The position numbers were made by a program, and so were the translations under genes. From positions 50,914-82,913 of the forward strand of contig NZ_WHNX01000015.1 of NCBI RefSeq assembly GCF_009362815.1: DNA of 32,000 bases, read 5' to 3'. This DNA comes from Alkalibaculum sporogenes (GTDB lineage Bacteria > Bacillota > Clostridia > Eubacteriales > Alkalibacteraceae). A model generated the notes under the pieces. That model had not been told where the DNA came from. It saw nothing but the letters and a program-made list of their open reading frames with translations, and searched no databases. Of the stretch, positions 23,057 through 31,043 are shown one piece after another; positions within the stretch are counted from its first letter, which is position 1; each line of letters begins with the position of its first letter.

Positions 23057-25264
23057 TTGTCTGACGGTAAAGTAATAGTTGAAGCAAGAGTTGTCGATGA
23101 TAAAGTTGACAAGGACCTCAATCAAATTGAAAAGAAATTAAAAGACAGTGGCAAAGACATGAGTGAAGAAGCCAAGAAATCCGGTGGTAAAATTGGCGAG
23201 TCTTTGTCAGGTGCTATTGCTGATAAATTTGGAGCTGGCGCAAGTAAAATTGAGTCCGTGGCTAGTAGTATGGGCCTAAAAGTTGGCGCTGGTGCTTTAG
23301 TAGCAGGTGCAGCTGTAGCAGGAATTGGTATAGCCGCTGTTAATGTCGCAGCTGATATGGATAAAGCCATGGGCGGTTATATTGCTGCAACTGGTAAAGG
23401 TGTGGAAGAAACTGAAAGGTACCAAGACGTATTAGAAGATATATATGGTAATAACTATGGTGACAGTTTTGAAGATATAGCAGGATCAATGGCACTTGTT
23501 ACTCAACAAATGGGTGATATGGATGATGCTAGCCTACAGAAAATAACCGAAAGTGCCTACCTGCTTAGAGACACTTTTGATATGGATATACAAGAATCTT
23601 TACGTGGTGCTAACTCTATGATGAAAGAGTTTGGTCTAGGTGGAGAGGAAGCATATAACCTTATCGCTCAAGGTGCTCAAAACGGATTAAACCAAAATCA
23701 AGATCTAGCAGATCAATTAGCTGAATACAGTGTTTACTATGCTGATATGGGATTTAGTGCTGAGGAAATGTTTAACGCTATGGCCAATGGTATTGAGACT
23801 GGTGCTTATCAAGTTGATTATCTGAATGATGCAATGAAAGAGTTTGGTATCAGGTCAAAAGACGGCAGTAAAGCAAGCATGGAAGCGTTTGACGCTCTAG
23901 GGCTAAATGCCGATGATATGACAAAGAAATTTGCACAAGGTGGCGAAGGAGCAAAAGAAGCTTTTAACCAGGTATCTGAAGCTCTTATTGGTGTAGATGA
24001 TCAGGTTCTCCAGAATCAGATAGGAGTATCTTTATTTGGTACAAAATGGGAAGACTTAGGTGTTGACGCAATAAAAGCTTTAACTGATACAGATGGAGCG
24101 ATTGATAGTACAAAAGATAAATTAGGCGAAATGGAAGAGGTTAAGTACGATAATTTAGGAGATATGTTCCAAGCCTTAAAAAGAAGCGTAGAATTACTCC
24201 TATTGCCTTTAGGTGAGGCTTTGATGCCTATATTACTAGATTTAATCGACGTAGTACTCCCTTTGTTCCAGGACGTCCTTGCTCCTATCATTGAAGCTTT
24301 TTCTATGCTACTAGAACCTATTATGCTATTAGTGGATGCTTTATTGCCTCCTCTGATTGAGATGTTCACGTCGCTCATGGAACCGTTAATGTTATTACTA
24401 GAGGAGATCATAACTCCATTAATTGACGTTTTAATGCTGTTGCTAGAACCTATTTTTGTCCTTGTTGATGAGCTATTGCCGATATTAAATGAACTGTTCA
24501 CTGCACTAATAGAACCACTAACCGAACTGTTTAGCTCAATAATCCCTCCGGTTATGGAAGTATTGACAGCTCTGATTGATAACGCTATATCCCCTTTAAT
24601 AGATATCATTAAAGGTAATTTAATACCGATCATAAAAACTTTACTGAATGTATTTACAGCCGTATTTGGAGGGGTCGCAGACGTCGTAGGAATTGCAATC
24701 GACACAGTAATGGACATCATGGGTGAGATTATAGAGTTTATCGTAAATGTATTTACTGGCAACTGGAAGGGTGCTTGGAAGAACATTGCTAATATATTCA
24801 AGAGTTATTTCGGCGGGATCGGTAATATATTCAAAGGAATTATAAACACTGTTATAGACGCCATAAATGCTTTTACGAAAAGTCTTGGTAAGATAGATAT
24901 ACCTGACTGGGTACCAAGCATTGGCGGTAAAACTCTTGCAATCCCGGCTATCCCCCGTTTAAAAGTAGGTATGGATTATGTACCTAGCGACGACTTCCCG
25001 GCTTTTTTACATAAAGGTGAAGCAGTCTTAACGGCCAGTGAAGCGGAAATATACAGGTCACTCGGTGGTAATCTAGGTAATTTATCAGGTATGAGCAACA
25101 ATAACAGTGTATATGACAATAGTTCCGTAACCACTAATGATTTTAGTGGTATTTTTGACGGTGCAAATTTTTACGTACGAGATGATCAGGATATAACAAA
25201 AATAGCAAGAGAGTTAAATGACTTATTAAAAACAACGGCTAGAGGCAAGGGGGTTAAGCGGTGA
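23057..25264 (+). CDS. Tail tape measure protein (TP901-type core)
   Basis: 735 aa. N-terminal coiled coil, a TP901-family core (GGYIAATGKGVEETERYQDVLEDIYG...) and a hydrophobic hendecad repeat region. Confidence 0.9.
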   Translation: MSDGKVIVEARVVDDKVDKDLNQIEKKLKDSGKDMSEEAKKSGGKIGESLSGAIADKFGAGASKIESVASSMGLKVGAGALVAGAAVAGIGIAAVNVAADMDKAMGGYIAATGKGVEETERYQDVLEDIYGNNYGDSFEDIAGSMALVTQQMGDMDDASLQKITESAYLLRDTFDMDIQESLRGANSMMKEFGLGGEEAYNLIAQGAQNGLNQNQDLADQLAEYSVYYADMGFSAEEMFNAMANGIETGAYQVDYLNDAMKEFGIRSKDGSKASMEAFDALGLNADDMTKKFAQGGEGAKEAFNQVSEALIGVDDQVLQNQIGVSLFGTKWEDLGVDAIKALTDTDGAIDSTKDKLGEMEEVKYDNLGDMFQALKRSVELLLLPLGEALMPILLDLIDVVLPLFQDVLAPIIEAFSMLLEPIMLLVDALLPPLIEMFTSLMEPLMLLLEEIITPLIDVLMLLLEPIFVLVDELLPILNELFTALIEPLTELFSSIIPPVMEVLTALIDNAISPLIDIIKGNLIPIIKTLLNVFTAVFGGVADVVGIAIDTVMDIMGEIIEFIVNVFTGNWKGAWKNIANIFKSYFGGIGNIFKGIINTVIDAINAFTKSLGKIDIPDWVPSIGGKTLAIPAIPRLKVGMDYVPSDDFPAFLHKGEAVLTASEAEIYRSLGGNLGNLSGMSNNNSVYDNSSVTTNDFSGIFDGANFYVRDDQDITKIARELNDLLKTTARGKGVKR
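24194..24670 (+). repeat. About 14 consecutive 11-residue (33-nt) repeats within the tape measure
   Basis: FSMLLEPIMLL / VDALLPPLIEM / FTSLMEPLMLL / LEEIITPLIDV / LMLLLEPIFVL / VDELLPILNEL / FTALIEPLTEL / FSSIIPPVMEV. Pro is fixed at position 7 (or 6) and F/V/L at position 1. Confidence 0.8.
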
Positions 25265-26067
25265 TAACGTTAGATGATACATATAGATTTGAAGAAGACT
25301 TTGGATTACAGGCCTTAATAGAACATCAAAATCCAATTATCCCAGAGATTTCACCTAAGACGATAAAGATACCAAGCGTTCCAGGGTTACAAGATTTTGG
25401 TGTAGAGCTAGGTACCAAACCTTTTTTAATTACCTTAGATGTAATTGAATCCGATCCTATAGAGTTGCAACGGAAACTAACTGATTTTGTTGCTTTTTTA
25501 TTTGATCAATACGGACAACCTCGAAGCATTAAAGCTGTATTAGATTATGAACCTGATAAATTTTTCATGATAAAGGTTAATTCAACCGTTACACCACAAA
25601 GAATGATTAGTGTTAGTCAGTTTACACTCCCCTTTATTGCCTATGATCCTCTTAAGTATTCAACTGTTTATGCGGATGAAATTATGTGGGGCAGTGAAGT
25701 TTTGACATTTGAGTCTCATTATTTATTAGGACATGAGGGTACTGCAGGCGCAGTAAACATAACAGAGCCACAAATAATTGATGTAACTGTAGTCGGTTTA
25801 GCTGTAAAACCTGTCATTGAAATTACAGGAAGTGCTACTAGTCTTGTTATAAGTGCAAATAGCTATTCTATAACCTTCCCTACCTTCAACAATGTTAGTT
25901 GGATTATAGATTGTGAAAAGTATTCAGTTCTCAAAAATAGTATTAATGCTTTTGACGAAGTTGATTTAAAAGATTTCATATTGTTTCGTGGAATTAATCA
26001 CGTATCAATAACAGGGAGTGAAATAGATGTTGATCTACGGATTAAATACAGAGATAAATACATGTAA
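25261..26067 (+). CDS. Distal tail protein (Dit, Sipho_tail family)
   Basis: GTG overlapping the tape-measure stop. 268 aa in the canonical position. Confidence 0.75.
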   Translation: MITLDDTYRFEEDFGLQALIEHQNPIIPEISPKTIKIPSVPGLQDFGVELGTKPFLITLDVIESDPIELQRKLTDFVAFLFDQYGQPRSIKAVLDYEPDKFFMIKVNSTVTPQRMISVSQFTLPFIAYDPLKYSTVYADEIMWGSEVLTFESHYLLGHEGTAGAVNITEPQIIDVTVVGLAVKPVIEITGSATSLVISANSYSITFPTFNNVSWIIDCEKYSVLKNSINAFDEVDLKDFILFRGINHVSITGSEIDVDLRIKYRDKYM

Positions 26068-26078
26068 AGAGGTGCAGG

Positions 26079-28220
26079 ATGGCAAATTTAATAGACGTAA
26101 ACGATAGTCTTAATCAAGGTAGGGTTAAACTAAATACAGCGATAGTGCAGTCTGAGGATGCAATTAATAAGTCTACGACTGCTTTATCAAACTCAGAAAG
26201 CACACAAGAGCAACTAAATCAAGTTGTCATCGACGGCGATTCCTCAGTAGAAGCAGCACAAGCAAGAGTCAATTCAGATAATACTGTTTCATATTCTACT
26301 TTAAAAGAAAGATTAGATACTGAACATGATGCAGTCACGTCGAATTTGACACAAATTTCAACGAATTTGGTAGAGATTACAACAAAAATAATTGGGGAAG
26401 TAAATGTTAAATCATATGAACATTTAAAAGTTGGTGATGATTGGACACTAGCTTTTGACCAATTGATTTTAGATACTCCTGAAGGGTATAAAGTTAGATT
26501 CCCTACAGACACATATCATGGACACTTTATATCTAATAAATCTTTTTACTTAGACCTTCAAGACTCAATCATAATACCTACTGATATATTGAAACCTGTA
26601 ATTAAATTTGAAGGGGCAGTTGAAAGTTTACCTAGGAATGTAACAGGTAACCCAGTATACGGAGACACAAGTTTTATTATAAATGATGTAACAGGGTTAG
26701 CTATTGATGATATTGGTTACATTGTTGACGCAACTGTTCGACCTAGTGATGGGACAACAGATATTAATGTTGAATTGGTAAAAATTAAATCAATAAATAC
26801 TACAACAAAATCAATCACAGTTTATGACATGATTCGTTCCCACCAAACTACAGGACCTGTTCGGTTTTACAAAGTAGATAGTGTTATTAAAAATCCAAAA
26901 GTAAAAAATTTGCATGGTGTAATAGAAATGAATCACAATTTACCTTTTGTTTGGTTTTATGGTTGTGAAAATGCTATTGCTGACAACATATTAGGAACAA
27001 ATACATTAGGACATTGTGTTAGATTCGAGAACTGTTACAATTTTATTTCCAATAATATAAGAATTGAACATCCACAAGGTATTGGGAGTGGCGAAGGTTA
27101 TGGAATTTGTGCATTAGATTCTCGAAATGGTTACATAGAGAAATCTTATGGTAACGGTAGTAGACATGTCGTTGATATTAATTCGGCGTATACTGTTACA
27201 ATAAAAGATGTGAAAGAAGTGGACAGTAAAAGCACCCCCGTTGTACTAGCTCACAATGGGTTTGGGGGTAATATTAGCCTTGATACTCTTGACTGTGTTT
27301 GTGATACTTATGCTGTTGTATATTCTGGACAAGGTATTACCGATTTTGACACACAAATTGCACATGATATAAAAATTAAAAATATCACACAAATAGTTCC
27401 AACTAAGAAAGCAAACGAATTTAATATTTCAGTTTATATCCAAGCTGATTATGATAATGTAATAATCGATAATGTTAAAACAAAATACATCGATACAAGT
27501 GTTGCCCCAACGGGTAACTCTAAGGTTGTAAGGCTTACAGGTAATCAACGTGGAACACTTGAAATAACAAATATAAAAGCAAATCATATAGGTATATTAG
27601 TTGAATTTGCTAGGAGAAGTACGTTTGGCTTACAAGATTATTTATTTAAGTTAAATGGTTTGCAGGCAGAAACAGTTCACACCATAGCATTATTACGGGG
27701 TATCAATAGTGTAGATATTGATAATGTGTCATCAATAAATGCACCAATTAATGCTATGTTTGAGATATCAGATTTAGCTAATGTTGTTCCATTTAGGGTA
27801 ACAATTGGAAGAAATATTCATACACAAGGTAAAATAATGACTTACAGTGGCTTACCGTTAGCCGGTTTAAGAGGGATGGCAGATAAATTGAACAATGGAT
27901 CAACCTCCGGTGTCATGATTACAGATGGAACAACATTAACTATGGATAAAATTCTTACATCTGGTGAGTATATAACATTAATTGCTCCTGTGGGCGCAGA
28001 TGCTACATTAAACAGTTTAATCCCTTTTGAAGCTCCTGTTTGGTTAGGGCAAGAAATGGTTTTAATCGTTAATAATTTAGGCGACATAGGGACAAGAGGG
28101 AATGTAATTATTCCTAGTGGTTCAACCACTTATGCTGACACGGGGGTTACCACTACTTTAACAAAAGGCAATGCTTACAAGTTTAAAGGTTACAATGGCA
28201 AATGGAGAAAAATATTATAG
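26079..28220 (+). CDS. Tail fibre/tailspike with right-handed parallel beta-helix (depolymerase-like) domain
   Basis: The N-terminal anchor VVIDGDSSVEAAQARVNSDNTVSYSTLKERLD is typical of Gram-positive phage fibre N-termini. The central region has about 22-aa PbH1-like repeats (NILGTNTLGHCVRFENCYNFISNNIRIEHPQGIGSGEGYGICALDSRNGYIEKSYGNGSRHVVDIN...). Confidence 0.7.
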   Translation: MANLIDVNDSLNQGRVKLNTAIVQSEDAINKSTTALSNSESTQEQLNQVVIDGDSSVEAAQARVNSDNTVSYSTLKERLDTEHDAVTSNLTQISTNLVEITTKIIGEVNVKSYEHLKVGDDWTLAFDQLILDTPEGYKVRFPTDTYHGHFISNKSFYLDLQDSIIIPTDILKPVIKFEGAVESLPRNVTGNPVYGDTSFIINDVTGLAIDDIGYIVDATVRPSDGTTDINVELVKIKSINTTTKSITVYDMIRSHQTTGPVRFYKVDSVIKNPKVKNLHGVIEMNHNLPFVWFYGCENAIADNILGTNTLGHCVRFENCYNFISNNIRIEHPQGIGSGEGYGICALDSRNGYIEKSYGNGSRHVVDINSAYTVTIKDVKEVDSKSTPVVLAHNGFGGNISLDTLDCVCDTYAVVYSGQGITDFDTQIAHDIKIKNITQIVPTKKANEFNISVYIQADYDNVIIDNVKTKYIDTSVAPTGNSKVVRLTGNQRGTLEITNIKANHIGILVEFARRSTFGLQDYLFKLNGLQAETVHTIALLRGINSVDIDNVSSINAPINAMFEISDLANVVPFRVTIGRNIHTQGKIMTYSGLPLAGLRGMADKLNNGSTSGVMITDGTTLTMDKILTSGEYITLIAPVGADATLNSLIPFEAPVWLGQEMVLIVNNLGDIGTRGNVIIPSGSTTYADTGVTTTLTKGNAYKFKGYNGKWRKIL

Positions 28221-28234
28221 TATTAAAACTCAAA

Positions 28235-28259
28235 GAGACTTCTCACGAGGTCTTTTTTT
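28235..28259 (+). terminator. Intrinsic terminator between the tailspike and Tal genes
   Basis: AGACTTC-TCAC-GAGGTCT followed by TTTTTT. Confidence 0.75.
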
Positions 28260-28285
28260 AAATACCAAAAGGAGGGTTATGATAT

Positions 28286-30058
28286 ATGATACTAGTAAAA
28301 AATAAAACCTTAAACAACATAGGCATCCTAGAAAATGCCTATGATCAATCAGTAAAGAGGACAGTCAACGAGCTTTGGCAAGCCTCTTTTTCTTTACCCA
28401 AAAGCGACCCAAAGAATGAGTTATGCAGCCACTTAAACTTTATAGACATCACAGGAGATAGTGGCAGGTATTACGGTCTATACCGCATCATGCCAACAAG
28501 CACAACAAAGAACGAATCTACCGATAGTATTACATACACTTGTGAACACGTATTAGCAACACTCCTGGACGACGTCATGGATGGATACCACCAATACACG
28601 AATTACACAACTAGACAAGTTTTGGAGTACATTTTAAGTCTCCAGGAAGCACCCCACTGGGTATTAGGTCAAGTAGATTTTACCAGGTACTTTCATTATA
28701 GTTTTGAAAATGAAAATGGCTTACTCGCTCCCCTACTCTCAATACCTAAACCGTTCAATGAGGCGTATGAGTTTACCTTTGACACTCAAGTTTATCCTTG
28801 GGTACTTAATCTGAAAAGTGTTAGTGATAAAGTTAAATCAGAGATTCGCTGGGGCAAGGATATGATTGATTTTAGCGAGGTATCTGACCCAACCGATATA
28901 GTTAACTACATAATCCCAAAAGGCTCAGGAGAAGGCGTTAATCAAGTTACAATAGCGAGTGTCAATGGTGGGCTCAAGTACTTGAAGGATGATGAGTCAA
29001 TCGCCAAATGGGGCAAGATGTCATACATTTGGATTGATCAAAGGTTCGAAGATGCCGAAAGCTTAAAAGCAAATGCACAATCCTTACTAGATCAGTGGAA
29101 AGAACCTAAAGTGTCATTTGAAATTGATAGTGCTGATCTATCTATTAAGCCTGAGTATTCACACGAAAGAAAAGTACTAAACGGAATTACTAGAATCATA
29201 GTTGAGGATAAGGAATACCTGGCCAGAATTGTTGGCGATAACATTGCAGATCTATCCAGGGAGTTTGAGGTTAAGTATCAGATTAATAATAAACTAGACG
29301 ATATTGCAACAACGCAAGCTGATCTAGAACGTAAGCAACAGGTCAATGAAGCTTATTCACAAGGGGCAACTAATATAATGAACTTTGGATACCAGGATAA
29401 TTGCGATAGCGACCACCCTGCAATCTTGCCGATTTACGTTGATGATGACGTAGTAAATATTAATACGTGCGAGTTGACTTTTAGGACTAAAAAATTTAGA
29501 GCATATTCAAAATCAATAGAAGGCGGAGGTGCTACGGTAAAATCAACAAGTGCAGGCGGAGGTACAAATACAAGTACAGAAAGCGGTGGAGGTGCAACAG
29601 AAACAACTACAGTCAAAAATTTTACTAGCTTAACCCTAGTAAGTGACATTCCAAGCGTTCCCGATTACAACACTCACAAGCACGAGTCAATTCTATATGG
29701 AGACCGGATTGAACATGACCACAATGTAATAATTCCGTCTCATTCTCATAATTTTACGGTGGCGACTCACTCTCACGAATTTACATTAGAAGATCATACC
29801 CACGGTATTTTGTATGGGATATACGAGCTCGACGAATTGCCCGAAATTGTTACTGTCAAGGTTGACGGGAATACAGTAACAATTAACAGTACCTCTGAGA
29901 ATAGATTGAATTTAATAGATTATCTAGACAAAGATTCTAATGGAAAAGTTACGAGGGGTAGACATGAAGTTGAAATTTTACCTAGTGATTTGGCTAGAAT
30001 TGAAGCAGATGTTATATTGAGAGTGTTTATACAAAGCAGACTTGGGGGAAATTATTAA
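28286..30058 (+). CDS. Tail-associated protein (Tal; Prophage_tail/endopeptidase-tail family) with a His-rich C-terminal fibre region
   Basis: N-terminal ILENAYDQSVKRTVNELWQASFSLPK...YYGLYRI pattern of the siphophage Tal family. The C-terminus has GGG(A)T repeats and five HxH motifs. Confidence 0.8.
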   Translation: MILVKNKTLNNIGILENAYDQSVKRTVNELWQASFSLPKSDPKNELCSHLNFIDITGDSGRYYGLYRIMPTSTTKNESTDSITYTCEHVLATLLDDVMDGYHQYTNYTTRQVLEYILSLQEAPHWVLGQVDFTRYFHYSFENENGLLAPLLSIPKPFNEAYEFTFDTQVYPWVLNLKSVSDKVKSEIRWGKDMIDFSEVSDPTDIVNYIIPKGSGEGVNQVTIASVNGGLKYLKDDESIAKWGKMSYIWIDQRFEDAESLKANAQSLLDQWKEPKVSFEIDSADLSIKPEYSHERKVLNGITRIIVEDKEYLARIVGDNIADLSREFEVKYQINNKLDDIATTQADLERKQQVNEAYSQGATNIMNFGYQDNCDSDHPAILPIYVDDDVVNINTCELTFRTKKFRAYSKSIEGGGATVKSTSAGGGTNTSTESGGGATETTTVKNFTSLTLVSDIPSVPDYNTHKHESILYGDRIEHDHNVIIPSHSHNFTVATHSHEFTLEDHTHGILYGIYELDELPEIVTVKVDGNTVTINSTSENRLNLIDYLDKDSNGKVTRGRHEVEILPSDLARIEADVILRVFIQSRLGGNY

Positions 30059-30082
30059 TAACCGTTTAATTTATCCTTATTA

Positions 30083-30091
30083 TGGTATATT
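30083..30091 (+). promoter_or_regulatory. Extended -10 promoter candidate (TGgTATATT) for the lipoprotein gene
   Basis: TGGTATATT at 30083-30091, 11 nt upstream of the SD GGAGG (30103-30107). The -35 is weak. Confidence 0.45.
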
Positions 30092-30114
30092 ATATATCTA
30101 TAGGAGGGATGAAT

Positions 30115-30444
30115 TTGAAACGTATATTATTAATCATCTTCTTTGTAGTACTATTTACAAGTGGATGTGGCGTGTCCGAATCGGAGAAAGAAAAAATAAA
30201 AGAAGAAGTTAAAGCAGAAATAAAACAGGAAGAGCAAGCAGAAATAGAGAGTGCTAAAGAACTAGGAGACATTATCATAGAGAGAGGTAGAAAGGAAGAT
30301 ACAGACGGAAACTTTATACCTACAATTATAACTGAAAATAGCGAAGGGGCACAAAAAAGAATAATTGTTGACGAAGAGACCTATGAAAAAGCATTTGACA
30401 TCGAGTATATTGACTCATCGAAATACGAAGAATTTAAAGAGTAG
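30115..30444 (+). CDS. Small secreted lipoprotein (moron; candidate superinfection-exclusion factor)
   Basis: TTG 30115 lies 7 nt after GGAGG and gives (M)KRILLIIFFVVLFTSGC, i.e. signal peptide plus lipobox Cys. The track start 30082 lies inside the promoter. The mature part is acidic and K/E-rich. Confidence 0.75.
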   Translation: MKRILLIIFFVVLFTSGCGVSESEKEKIKEEVKAEIKQEEQAEIESAKELGDIIIERGRKEDTDGNFIPTIITENSEGAQKRIIVDEETYEKAFDIEYIDSSKYEEFKE

Positions 30445-30462
30445 ACCGCCTACTCTTTTTTT
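30437..30462 (+). terminator. Intrinsic terminator 1 after the lipoprotein gene
   Basis: (AA)GAGTAG-ACCGC-CTACTC(TT) followed by T7. The stop codon lies in the stem. Confidence 0.8.
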
Positions 30463-30484
30463 ATTACAGAAATACAGAAGCAAT

Positions 30485-30507
30485 AGCACCTTAAAGGGTG
30501 CTTTTTT
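30485..30507 (+). terminator. Intrinsic terminator 2 (tandem)
   Basis: AGCACC-TTAAAG-GGTGCT followed by TTTTT. It shares a 19-nt identical block with the terminator at 12228-12249. Confidence 0.75.
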
Positions 30508-30537
30508 AATACAAAATATAAATGAGAGGAGAAATTT

Positions 30538-31041
30538 ATGGATTATTTACTTAATATAAAAGCAGGAGTTTTGACAACAATTGGTATAGCAGGAAGCATG
30601 TTTTTACAGAAGTTAGGGGGATGGGATATGGCTTTGCAAACATTAGTTTTTTTCATGGTCATTGATTATCTCACCGGATTAGTTGTTGCAGGAGTTTTCA
30701 ATAATAGCACAAAAACAGTTAATGGAAAACTTGAATCAAGAGCAGGATTTAAAGGGTTATTTCGTAAAGGTATGACTCTTTTAATCGTCTTTGTAGCAGC
30801 TCAACTTGACCTATTAACAGGCACGCAATTTATACGGAACGCAGTAATAATTGCATATGTAGTCAATGAGGCGATAAGTATCGTCGAAAATGCCGGTTAT
30901 ATGGGGATAGATATACCTGCACCACTATCTAAGGCGATTGAATCCCTAAATAATAAAGAAGTTAAAGGTACAGGAATAATAGAAACAGAGGATGCATTAT
31001 CGAAAGTTATAGATGCTATTAATAAGCCGGAGGGAGAATAA
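30538..31041 (+). CDS. Holin (Phage_holin_4_1 family)
   Basis: [26 protein letters not shown]...[22 protein letters not shown]...[18 protein letters not shown] is the family signature. Multiple TM segments. Sits directly upstream of the endolysin. Confidence 0.85.
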   Translation: MDYLLNIKAGVLTTIGIAGSMFLQKLGGWDMALQTLVFFMVIDYLTGLVVAGVFNNSTKTVNGKLESRAGFKGLFRKGMTLLIVFVAAQLDLLTGTQFIRNAVIIAYVVNEAISIVENAGYMGIDIPAPLSKAIESLNNKEVKGTGIIETEDALSKVIDAINKPEGE

Positions 31042-31043
31042 TA

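Noticed and set aside
24016-24801. 261-aa minus-strand ORF, the longest antisense ORF in the track
   Set aside because: It lies entirely antisense to the tape-measure hendecad repeat. Its S/I/N-rich low-complexity sequence simply mirrors that repeat. It has no SD, and every supported gene in the window is on the + strand.
30082-30114. Upstream starts given by the ORF track (30082 here; likewise 394, 3094, 10997, 8795, 10260)
   Set aside because: In each case an in-frame downstream start has proper SD spacing. The upstream codon lies inside a neighbouring gene, an SD or a promoter element. The features carry the trimmed coordinates.
30365-30559. 64-aa + strand ORF spanning the end of the lipoprotein gene to the holin start
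   Set aside because: It runs through two intrinsic terminators and the holin SD. It has no SD of its own. It is a frame artefact.
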